A stretch of DNA of 64,000 nucleotides from Haplodiscus bocki. Lineage: Eukaryota. The notes under the pieces were generated by a model, which did not search any database, was not told where the DNA came from, and saw only the letters and a program-made list of their open reading frames with translations. The stretch is taken from the NCBI GenBank assembly GCA_965655095.1, contig OZ296649.1, positions 145,638,001-145,702,000 on the forward strand, given 5' to 3'. Below, in pieces: positions 26,400-37,881 of the stretch; positions within the stretch are counted from its first letter, which is position 1; each line of letters starts with the position of its first letter. The position numbers were made by a program, and so were the translations under genes.

Positions 26400-29300
26400 C
26401 TATCTTCATCATGATGAACTATGCTACACAAACAAATAGGAATTTGTCATTTAGCTTGCAACAAAAAGACGTTTTCCAAAAATACTGCGGCGTAGATGAA
26501 AACAAGAGGCGCAGTCGCACTGCGATATTTTGCGTCAACGGGAGCAAAGAAGGTTTCTCAAACATACACTAAATCAATTCCAAAAGGAAACCGGAAATTG
26601 ACAGAAAAGTTCGGTGGATGATTTTCCAGAATAATTCAAGCCGGTAGTTTTATAAATTTGAGTTTTTTGAGTTTGATGATGGACGAAACAATGAAGAACA
26701 AAATAGAACTTTTCTCGCTTCCGATCCATCAACAATCCAACCCAATGAACAAAATATTATTTCGTTTAACAAAAAAAGCATCTGTGTGTACAGCACCTTC
26801 ATTTCAGGCCTGGGCATAGGAGTTCGTTTCTAAGGTTTTGATAAGCAAACTTTAGTTTCGATTCTAAAGTTTCGACCAATAGCACTTTTGCTACCTATGA
26901 CCTGTCAGCGTCCCAAATCCGATGTAGGTTACAATTTACAGAATATTGATAAACAAATAGTCCACCATAAAACAAAGAAATCTATTGATTGACTTTGTGA
27001 CGGAAAACGAAGACAGTAGAACCGACAAAAAATATGAATTTGAATATCCGGGCATGTCAAGAATATTATCACTTTTTCGAACTTCTGAACCGCCGGGATT
27101 CCAAATCACGAAAGAAAATCGAAAATTTTCAACGAGATATTCCAGATCAAGTAGAAAGTGTTAGATTGAGACCCGGAAAAAAGAAATGAAGTCAGTTGTT
27201 TTGGAGAAACATGAGTTCTGAATTCCAGAAAAGACCATATCACAAACAAACTTGGTGCTTATGGTCTATCAAAATTGCAATGCAGAAAATGAAAAGATAG
27301 TTTTTTGAGGCCAATACTCCCTGAAAAAAGAAATCTTTTCAACTGCGGCTGTCGTGGAAGAAGTCAAGTCTGCGTTTAAGAAGAAAGAAGAGCCTGAACA
27401 TTAGAATTTGTCAAAAATAACAGCATTTCGGCATTCTTGAACTGTCAAGATGCCAGTACAAGCAAGAAATTTTTCAATAAAACTTGAAGATTCCAGCAAA
27501 AAGCAAACTGCTTTAGAGTGCGAACTTAAACCCGGAGAAAAAAACAACGGATAGGGAGAAATGTGACCTGGACTATCGGCAAAAACTCAAAAAAACTCAG
27601 AACTAGGTAACCCTTCGGCAATTTTGAACTAGCGAAATTTCAACGCAAGGAACACAAACAATCACCTTTTGAATCCGAAGTTCTTTTAAAAAATTGTCCA
27701 TTGAGACCTTGTGGCTTCGGGGAAGAATACTGTTTTGTACTGACCGACCACCGGAGATTTATGAGTGTGAGTGTCGAGGTCAGTCAAAATCGAGACTTTC
27801 GGGAAACTTTGGAATACTAGGATTCCCATGCAAGGAACCAGTTGAATAATCCTCCAATGGAAAACTTCTCCGCTAGTAGTTAGCTCCCGATCGAGAAGCA
27901 AGCGTGTCAATATCGAGAAGACTCAAAAGCAAAATCACATTTTGGCTTCTCCTTCATACTGTCCGAAATCGGAACTGAAAAATTGATTTGTGGAGCCATT
28001 CTTCTTTACAAGTGTAAAAATTTCGATTGAAATCTTGAGGACAGAAATAAAATCTGTAGCTAGTGAGAAAAATCAGTTTGAAGATCGAGAGACAACAAAA
28101 TTGTTAGCCCTTCTGGAACTCTCGGACTAACAAAGTCTCAAACATGGAACAGAAACAGGTTTTGCGGAAGAATAATCTATTACAAACATTCAACGACGGA
28201 TTGAGACCAACAGGAAACAAATCAAACCCGTAGCTAGGGAGAAATTTCAGTTCGAAGGTCAAGATAAATCAAGAAAGTTGGCCCTTTTTGGAATCTACAG
28301 ATTTTCGAAAATTCGACCCATTTTACAAAAGTAACGGTTTTATAATGACTTAATCTTGTGCAAATTCTGTTTTTTTTAATGAGATCTTGATGCACGGAAT
28401 GGACACTGTAAGAAAAGAAAAAAACTGTGCTTGAATCTCGGGAAAAACTGAATTCAACAGCATTTCTTTGCAAGTTCGGACGCTCAAATATCAACGATCA
28501 AAGTAGTTTTTTTTTCAATTAGATTTTTTCCACAAGTGTACAGTTTTTGCTCGAAATTTTGATACAGGGAACCGGACGTGTATTTTTGGATAAAATTGAG
28601 TTTGAATGTCTAAAAACGTCAAAATTACGGCATTTTGTAGATTTTTTGGTCTATCAGGATTCCCATGCAATGTCAGATGAAGTGACCTACCGACCGAATC
28701 TACTTCTACAAGTGTTATGTGGTCAATTAGGAGCGCAAAAAAATCAAGCCTGTAGATATGTGGAAAATTGCTTTGAAAATGGAATTACATGAAAATTGGA
28801 AGAACTTTTTGGAAAATTTCGGACTATCACGATTCTGATGAGACGTCAAAGAGAAAACCTTCAATTGAACCCTCCATTGCAAGTGGAAAGTTTTCGATTG
28901 AGGTCCTGATGCCCGAAATCAAAGCTGTAGTTACCCGGAAATGTCAGTTCGATTGTCGGCTTGAATCAAAATTGCCAGCTTTTTTCCGGATTTCTGGGAA
29001 AATCATGACTCTGATTCAAAAATCGAAACCAACAAACCTTCTAGGCAATGCTTGCCGCTATTTAAAAATTTTCGATTGACATTTTATTGGAAAAAATCAA
29101 GCGAAGAAGTATGAAGAAATTGAGTAATTGAAAAAAGTCCTTCTTCAACGTTAAAAACTACTTTTATGCAATATCATTCTATGAATATTCTGACACACTG
29201 GCCTGAACGGAAGATTTTTCTTTGGAATATATGTGCACAATTAGAAGGATTTCAATTGAGACCTGAATGAAAAATTTTAACCGTGTATTTTTCGAGAAAT

Positions 29301-29900
29301 GTGAGTTTCAATTTTTAAGACTTTCAGTACTGATTTTGAATTTTGGGGTTTCCTCAATGTGAGAATTCAAAAACGATAAGTTACAGCAGACCCAATTTTT
29401 AAAAGATTTTGTATGTTTTTGGTCGCGAAGAGAAAAGGATACTGACCAAAACTGTTCCCAAAAGAGTTTTGCAAAATTCGATTACTTACATTTATTTTTG
29501 GTAATTTCCACAAATCCATGAATTTTTTTTCCTTTCGGCTTTCTGGGAAAATCAAAGCCCTTTTCTCCTGCTTAAAAAAATAATCAGAGAAAAATAATTA
29601 TTATTTTTCGTTGTGTTGCAAAACGCATGTTTTTTGAGGAAAAATCCAGTTTTCAAGAAACCCTTAAATTTGTGGCCAAAAAATTTTTTTTGCTGTGGAA
29701 TAAAGGAATGTGTTTCCGACTTTCTAAAAAAGTGTAAAAAGTGGGTTTTTAGCCCCCACTATCTCCGGCTTTGCAACCATGTAGACACCCTGCATTTTTA
29801 TTATACAAGCCACCAACGACTCTGCAATTTGCGCGTCCATAAGTCTGCCCGTCGTGGGCAAACTCTGGAAAAAGTAAGAAAAAAATCCGACCACTAAATT
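26400..29900 (+). repeat. Ancient element with an internal ~177-bp degenerate tandem array (array ~27000-29080)
   Basis: Motif GAAATCAAGTCTGTAGTT-like at ~27183, 27357, 28044, 28214, 28738 and 28915; upstream and downstream flanks homologous to 57900-61010 (e.g. CAAGCC.CCAACGACTCTGCA). Confidence 0.65.
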
Positions 29901-29958
29901 AAATATTTTATTTTCGACACATTGCTTCGAGGGAAAAAAACAAGTGATCGGAAGTGAC

Positions 29959-31919
29959 TGTTGTACGATGTTCCAGCCATCTCAATGTGAGCTCCGGAAT
30001 TCGACTTGGTGGTTTCAGTTGATCGATGCTTGTGTGCCATATCTCGTATAACTTTAGTTAGACCCTCTAACTACCGGCTGAGAGCCGATAGATGTGAATT
30101 TAATTGTTTTTTACCTGTTCTCGAGCCAACTTATCAGTTTTTGGTTCAAACTCAGACGCAATATCACTAGATTTTGAGTAGTGTTGTGTTTAAATCACTT
30201 TCAGTCATCATGGACAACTTTCAGATAGTGTATTGTTTACTGTTTCTCATAGTTCTAGGACTGAAGAAAGAAAACATTCGAGTAACGAAGACTTGACATT
30301 CTCTGAGAGATGAGTTTAGATGAAAAGAGTACCTATTGCGTGCCGCAGAGAAGTAGTGTTTTCAAAAGTTAGCTAGTGCAAAGGCTACGTGTTGCGCCTT
30401 GTAAGTACAACTGGTCAATTGATTGTTTCATAATTTGCTGGCTCTGCACGAATACGTGACCAATATTAACACGCAAATATTATCACTGGGGAGCTGTATT
30501 TGCTCCTTAAAATGATTATTTACAAACTCATGATTGTGTAGTTGCAAATCCGTTCCAGAAACTGGTGGCTATTATCGTGTAACGTGCAGCTTTTGCAAAT
30601 TCAACTCAATAACTTTGTATAAAGTTTATATGACGGCAACTATTAGTCCTAAGGATAAAAGATGGATAGCTACTATGCAAATGTTATTTGTTATCAGGAT
30701 CGAAAGGAAAAATTTTTTTACAAATTTTTTCAGTGGTACACTGGTCTTCACCGATAACTAATCCTATCTCCACAGGCGTTACCATTTCTTATCGGTCTTC
30801 AATTTATACTGTCGTTTCTCCGTTTAATCGTTAATGACGATAAGTAAGTCAGCCAATCTATTCGTGTTTTTAGTCTTCGATAAACTCCAATGTAGTTTTG
30901 TCTTGTGACTAGTGGCATTATTTTACATTTACAGCTATGAAGGATTTAGACAGAGAGGTCAACTTTTGCAATTAACATCTGCAGTCGTTCTCATGATCTT
31001 GATGAAAAATGACTACTTTCTCATTCATAGTGCTGAGGAGTTTTTTCATCGCTCGGACGAAAGCAATTGAATATCCAAAAGATAGCAAAAATCATCAACC
31101 GTCATTTTCATCACTGGGATGGAAACCGATGATGTCTGAGAGCTTATTTTTTCAGCTATGGAGGATTATCATTTGTCCATTCGTTCGGACGCAAAACTCT
31201 GAACAACCATTTTCCTTGTACTTTGGGAAAGAATTCGCATGAAATCGTAATATGAGTACCTAATCGTGCTACGAATCACTTTTGCATCAATGTTGTTAGT
31301 CGGATGGAGACTGATGCATTTTTTTCAATGTCAGCTATCCACTGCAGTTTACGAAGGTTGTGTCTAGAATGGAAAAGTGCCGATTGAGTCATGTTTGTCC
31401 TTTAGTTTTTTTGTAAGTGTCAAAGTTACTCTATGTTTCTCTCCTGCAATGAGAATTCTGACTATACCTTATAAAAAGGACTAAAGTGTGAAAACATTGA
31501 ACGAACGTTTTCCATTGAGAAGGCGTTTCAGTTGATCCGTGTGTTCTGTAAAACTTTGGTCAGTCGGACCTTGTTGTGGAACTTGGTGTTCAATCGACGC
31601 TTACCGGTGTTTTTTATTAACCTCAACGTATTTGTTATCGCTCACTTGAGCTCCCATAGGAAAATGTTATTTTCATAATTTTGGTCTCAATACTTTTGTA
31701 TTTGGTTGATGAATGTGCCTTTATAGGCCTAACAAAAGTTGAACCTATTATTGCAAATCGTTTTTAACAATTAATGCATAGTCTCGTTCAAATTGGGGGA
31801 AGGGAAGTATTAGTCCAAATTTGCATTTGTGCCTTCATCATTAACTTTATACCTATGTAGTAAAAATGTAGTTTTAGGGATGTGAATATGTCTCAGTTTG
31901 CACTCATGCGGGCATGACA
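29959..31919 (-). mobile_element. Solo LTR, family 1, diverged copy (1961 bp), TSD GTGAC/GCGAC
   Basis: Ends CTCATGCGGGCATGACA as at 3192, starts TGT at 29959; 5-bp TSD with one CpG-type transition; terminal minus-strand peptide QLNSHLSALSR*LEGLTKVIRDM is homologous to QIRVFISPLTRQLEELTRLVQGV. Confidence 0.75.
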
Positions 31920-32799
31920 GCGACTAGTAAAAGGTTTCTACAAATGTTAATGGTTTCGCTGAAAATGTAATTTGTCATATTAAAGCGTTAAAACATTAGC
32001 GGTAATAATAAAGGGTGACACAATTTTGCAAAAAAAAGAAAAGGGTGCTATAGTTAGAGAATTCGAAGACCATGACACAAAAAATGAAAAACAAATCAGA
32101 AAAAAGGAAGATACATTGTAAAAAAAACATTTCAAAAAATATGCGAAACTCGAAAAATTATGCGAACCAAACTTAAACCGAATTGACAATATGCTGAATG
32201 CGTGTTAGTTTTTTTGTTTTTCAAATAGTCTTCAAATTCTCAAAATTTGAGCAAGTGTCAGTCTTGCTTGCATGATGGGAGTACAATTGCAATAGAATTA
32301 TTTCCCCTAAGTATCACCTAATTCATGAAAGGATATGAAGCAATAAAATAAAGCAATAGGAACATCATTTCGTACTAATACTTCCTTGCCTCACGTCATG
32401 AAAGAATTTACGTAACATTTGTAAACGTGGAAAACGATGCTATACACAGCTCACTCAATGACAGCCAAATATTGCAACAAATTCGACAAACTAAATGTCC
32501 TCGGAAGTGAGACGTACCACGCCTCACTCCAATTTCAATCAACTTATGCAGTGTTAGAAAATATTTTCGACAGTGAGCCATACAACATGGACTTATTCAA
32601 CGGAGGTGAGCTCAACAAAACGTCAATCAAATACTTAGTAAGTAAAACGCGAGGGAAGAGCGTTTGAAGTGTGCCGTAACTACAGTTCATAACTAAGTGA
32701 AGTATGTGATCAGGCGGCGCTAAGCAAACATTGACCTTAAAGTAATCCATTCAAAAGTCAACTCAAGTCAAATAAGGAACTTCCGACTGATACAACAGA

Positions 32800-34000
32800 C
32801 ACCCCAATTCAATGAAAATTATAATTTATAGCAAAAGTAAGTCCATTTTAAGATCACTCGAAAAGGCATAATATTCAGAAGAGTGAGTTTTTTTTGTAAA
32901 CTAAAGTCACGAGTTATATCTATAATGAGGTTGAATCTTTGGTGCTAAACTGATGTAGTTGGGAAAAGTGTTATAATGGCGTCCAATGAAACTCACAGAA
33001 TTTGTCATGTGAATCTATTGCGTTAGCAATTAAGTCTCACTAACGTAATGCAAATGGACGCAATCATTACTTTTTGCATATTGATACGCTCATCAACGGT
33101 ACTTTGATAGATTATCACTCTGCAATTTGTTAGTCGCTTTTTGGGAACGATTGCACACTTCGTCTGCGATTACTTCATATTGAACTCACAAATCAAAATA
33201 TTAAACGGAAAGCAATCTTTTACAAGTTGATGTCCAACAAAGTCCAGAGTGGACAAAAACTCACTGACACAAGGTGTTTCAAACAAATCTTGCATTAAAT
33301 AACTGTCTAACGCTGAATATGGATAACCAATAACTTGAGTTTGCTTCCAGTGAGGTCACGCATCAATCAGTGACTGCACTAATAAAACTAACTGCAGACA
33401 CATTTCTCAGAGAACTAGAAAGAAACTATGTGCACTGTTATCGATGGAAAATGAGCTGAACTTTGCTGAAAACAGCAAAGGATCCGGTCTATATTGAGAG
33501 TAGGCGTCAACAAGCTCATCTGACACCAGTACGACAGCGTCTATGTAAAAAATTTTTGTGGTTTGGTTCGTATTGATTTAGATTTTTAATAGGCGATAAC
33601 TACTGAAATGATCTACATTTGTTAAGAACATAGAAAGGCTGCTTTTTACCAGTTCTTAGAAAAAAGTAAAATTTTGTATCGAATTTGTCTCCGGTCCCAA
33701 TTTGGTTTTTGCTCCGAATTGTCGTATCACCGAAGAATTGTTGTCTCAACTCTTCCAGTCATTACATAGTGAGTGCATTCATGAAACAGGGAATGTAGTC
33801 CAGGAGCTCAAAAACTGCACTTCGCCGGACATGCTCGAAATTTTTGTGTTCTCAGTAAGCTTCATGGGTAGATCAGGTAAGCATGGGGATATTGCTGCCA
33901 ACTTGTTTTAAAAAGTGACGCAGATGAAGTCTTTTAATATTCAAATCAGTTCATCCTGTGTTCAAACTTACCCACTATTCGGTGGAATAACATCTAAAGT
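32800..34000 (-). pseudogene. Possible EnSpm/CACTA-like transposase relic
   Basis: Scattered minus-strand motifs DYIPCFMNAL (cf. D.MH), QSL...HWKQTQ (cf. RSL...WKASE) and HWTPL (cf. GPL) in the expected order; heavily decayed. Confidence 0.3.
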
Positions 34001-34291
34001 CTTTTTCATTTCTGAAAAAAAGGCCATGATTCGCTATTCTTAATTGAAATAGACCCAACCTTCAATTAAAATCAATATAAGTTTGCTTTTAGCTTCGAAC
34101 TCTCTCTTTCGGTTCTCGAGCCGGGTGTCCTTCTATTTGCATCACTTCGCATGTTTTTACAAACTAATTGATCAGTCCAGTCGATATTCGGGATAATCTT
34201 GGACGGCCCTTCGAATTTTTCTGTACTTGTCAAATTTTTCGGCTCAAAAGCTTTCCATTTCGATTACCTTTAAATTTCCATCGCACGAAAT

Positions 34292-36241
34292 TGGTGATGC
34301 AACAATTCGGACCTAATCGCCAATTTGGAGAACAGTCAGGTTCGGACCAGAGACGAAATCGGACCTAAGATTGAATTTCGGACCCGAACTTTTTCTGCTT
34401 CGTAACCGAGGGTAGTTAACACCGTTGGTAAAATTTGCAGGAACCGAAGTTTAGACGCAAACATTTTTTATCAATTTTTCCAAAAAGCTAAGAACAGATA
34501 AAACTAAAGCAGTATTAAAAAAGTCGACAGGAAGATCCAAGGGAATATATAGGCAAATAGGACGCAAAGTGATCATCAAGAGATAACTCCAAGAAAAACT
34601 TGTGGGTGCATTAAAGTGTCATACTTAACTCACATTCTCAACTTCAATTCTGTTGAGTGTGAATATCACAATTTTTATAATAGAACAAAATGGAGCAAAG
34701 ATTGAATTGTAAAAACTCACGTAAACAGAAAGAAGCGTACGAAAGAAAAAACTCAACCCACGACGTGGAGGTGCCCAGAAAATTGTTGCAGAGGTACCAA
34801 CAACTCATGTGCTACATCTACATGAACCAATCGTTGAGTTTGAAATAGCTACCTTCTAGGTCCTTAAATCAAGTTTCCTGAAAACAAACATGGAAGGACG
34901 CTTTTTTGCTTTTTTCCCAGTTGGCACATGCAAACTGCCAAAAACAAAACCTTGGTTTGGCGAATGATGAACAAGAAAGCACAGTTGTTGAAAATGTTCT
35001 CAAACTGTTCGTTGCTGTGGCATTCTTACCATAAAAAGACAAATTCTGCGGCTTTAAAAAACTGAAAACTTCAACAGTGAGCAAGCTAATTTAAAAAGTT
35101 GGAGCAAGTTTAAAAAATTCGGAACTGCATAGTTTGGTGAGAAACGATTGCGAGAGCAAAGAAATGAGACCTCTTCTTACCTGATTTTTGGTTTCAATAC
35201 GAAAATGCCAGAAATAAACTCCAAAAACCAGCAAATCAGCTGAGCAATGGCGTGGAGTGACAAATGCAATGTATGGATACGTCCAACTCTGACTTTAACA
35301 ATTTGCTAAATTTGAGAAACCATTACAAAGCGTAGCAAAGGCAAAATGAAAATATTGCAGATTTCCTGGATCTTGTTGTCTAAAGAATGCGCAGCGAAAT
35401 GAATTGTCGCCGAAGGTTATCATAACAAGTTAAGTTTTTTCGCCCAGAAGAGTATCACAAAATTTGTTAAGGAATGAGCTCCACCTTGTCCAGCTCTTTT
35501 TTTAGATTTGATCTGAGAATCTTTCACTTTTGATGCGTGTATATAATTCTGAACCTCTAGTTTTTCTATTTCTTCAGGAAAAAGCGATGAAAAAACTTCT
35601 GCAGTCATAATCGATTTAATGCCCTGGCGTCTCATTGCAGCCTTCGTGATTAGGTCTCAAAAATTTAACACGACTGGTTGCACAGTTTAACCCAAGAGAC
35701 ACTTGTGCTAGTAAAGTGGCAAGTTTTTTGGACTACGGGCTTTTTAATCTCTCAGAAAAAAGTTCAAAGCCAGTGACAAGATTGCAAAATCTCTTCAATT
35801 TTTTTATCTTAGGAGATGTAGACTGCATCTTAATTTTTGGTGAAGCTCGCGAACGTCAGTTAAAGTTCGGAACAAAAGTTTCTTTTAGGCGTTCGACTTC
35901 AAAAGATATGTAACAGGAAGTCTAATAGATTGATTTGGTTCTGAAATCTCTCAAGTCAGAAAAAGTTCCGCTTTTTTTGAACGCAATATGATTCCGTGAT
36001 TTGTGTGCACGCATTTTTGCTTTGTGAAAACGTAATTGTTGTGTTCTTTGCGTTGCAAACACGACGTTATTCAATGTTAAAAGGGAATGAGCGAGATGTA
36101 CGTTCATAAACACGACTATATTTGTTTTCTCAGTAAGTAATTAAAGTAATCAGGGCATTGCTTTCGGCTGAAGTTTGAGTTATTTGTCCGAGTTCGTATT
36201 TGGTCCGAATCTGGCTTTTGGTCTTATTTTGGCAGCCACCC
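34292..36241. mobile_element. TIR DNA transposon relic with TTCGGACC/GGTCCGAA subterminal arrays and AAAT TSD (Sola-like)
   Basis: Left end TGGTGATGCAACAATTCGGACC, right end GGTCTTATTTTGGCAGCCACCC; AAAT on both sides; four TCGGACC copies on the left and inverted copies on the right. A related orphan right end finishes at 33731 and a left-end-like patch lies near 46020. Confidence 0.55.
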
Positions 36242-36731
36242 AAATTGTCGTAGATCAAAGTAATTTGTCTGATTCTGCTTTTTTACATCACTTTTTGCAT
36301 TATTCAGCAATTGCATGAGGAGTTGCATGGTCTATGTTACATAAATTTTAAGTTACGTGATCGAAAATGCGAAGGTCTTGAGTTGCATGATTGTCGCTAC
36401 CATGAAAGAAACACGAATTCTAAATAAATTTTGATGCAATCAGCATATTTTTTAAAGTGAATCCTCCATGCTTTCTATTGTCGCCTATTATATAACAAGA
36501 CTAGGATGCTCAACACTATTTGTTATGAACGCCACTGAATAATATTGCTTCCTATCCCTACTGATTTTAGGGTGAATACTTTATCGTTGAAATGGAAATG
36601 GTGCTCCATGCCTGTCACTCGCATTGTTATTGACAGTGGTCAGTCACACAACACTTTTTAGCACAATTTTTTATCGAGTGACTCCATACAATTTACCAGA
36701 CTGCAATATTATTTCAAAATTGAACTCTTTT

Positions 36732-37881
36732 CCCGGGTCGGAATAATGGCCGAAATTTTTCCGGTATAAGGGCGTTAATTTATATAGTATTGGCTGGTCT
36801 TGACAAGGTCTGTGACGTTGGCAGGGCTACCACGTGCAGGCGCAAATTCAAAGCCCCATCATTACAAACAAAAATTACAAAAAATGGAGGGCCTCCCGAA
36901 AACAGGGGTTATAACGGAAAACCAGTTTGAAAATTTCAGACGGAAAGAAGAACAGAAACAGTGTTCTCGACCTTTCAGAAAAAACCCAATAGAAAAGAAA
37001 GAACCCTGCAGGTATCAATCGATCATGGCCCTCGTAAACAGTAAGAGTTAAAATAGAAAAAACTTGAAAAGAAAGAATTAAGATGAAAACCGTTGGAACT
37101 TTGCAAAACTAGAACTAAGAAGTCAAGTCTTGACATGCTCAACTTTTACGTAATCTCAACTGGTCATGACATGGTCATTGACACTGACAGTTCTACCACG
37201 CGCCGCAGCAAATTCAAAGCTCCACCAATAAAAACAAAATTACAAAATGTTAAGTTCCTTCCGAAAACATGGGTTGCACCAAATAACCGTTTGACGATTT
37301 CAGACCAAAAATTCAAAATTTTAACTTTGGGCATTAGAGAACAAAACAAAGGAACCACAAGACCCCAGAGGCAACAAATGGAGATGGACATTGTAACCAG
37401 GAAGAAATAAACTAAAATTATTTTGAGAGAGGCATCCGGGTTAAGACTGTCAAAACTTCTGCAAGACTCCATCTAGCCAAGTTGTAAAAAGATCATCTTT
37501 TTTGTAAACTTGCTTGGCCATGGCAAGTTCAATGACACTACCAATGCCGCCACGTTCAGGCCCAGACTCCAGTCCCCTGCAGTTCTCCCACACTTTCGAG
37601 GAAATATGCTCTAAAAGTTTCGTAATCCTTTGCCAAATAAATGATTGACATGAGTTTCTCATTCTTCATGGAGTGAGAAAATCAAATTTTTTAAAGACAC
37701 AAGTTTTTTCTGGTATAACAACGTTAACGGCGTTCAACCGGAACGCTAACGGCGTTAACGGCGTTCCCTTGTCGGTATAAAGGCGTTAACGGCGTTGTGC
37801 TTGTAAGTTAACGGCGTTAGCGGCGTTTACGCCACTATACCGGAAAAATAGCGGCGTTTTCCCAAAAAAGTTCAACCCGGG
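36732..37881. mobile_element. MITE-like element with CCCGGG termini and an AACGGCGTT subterminal array
   Basis: CCCGGGT...TTTTTCCGGTATA on the left vs TATACCGGAAAAA...AACCCGGG on the right; multiple (A)ACGGCGTT copies at 37720-37860; internal direct repeat at ~36842/37208. Confidence 0.7.
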
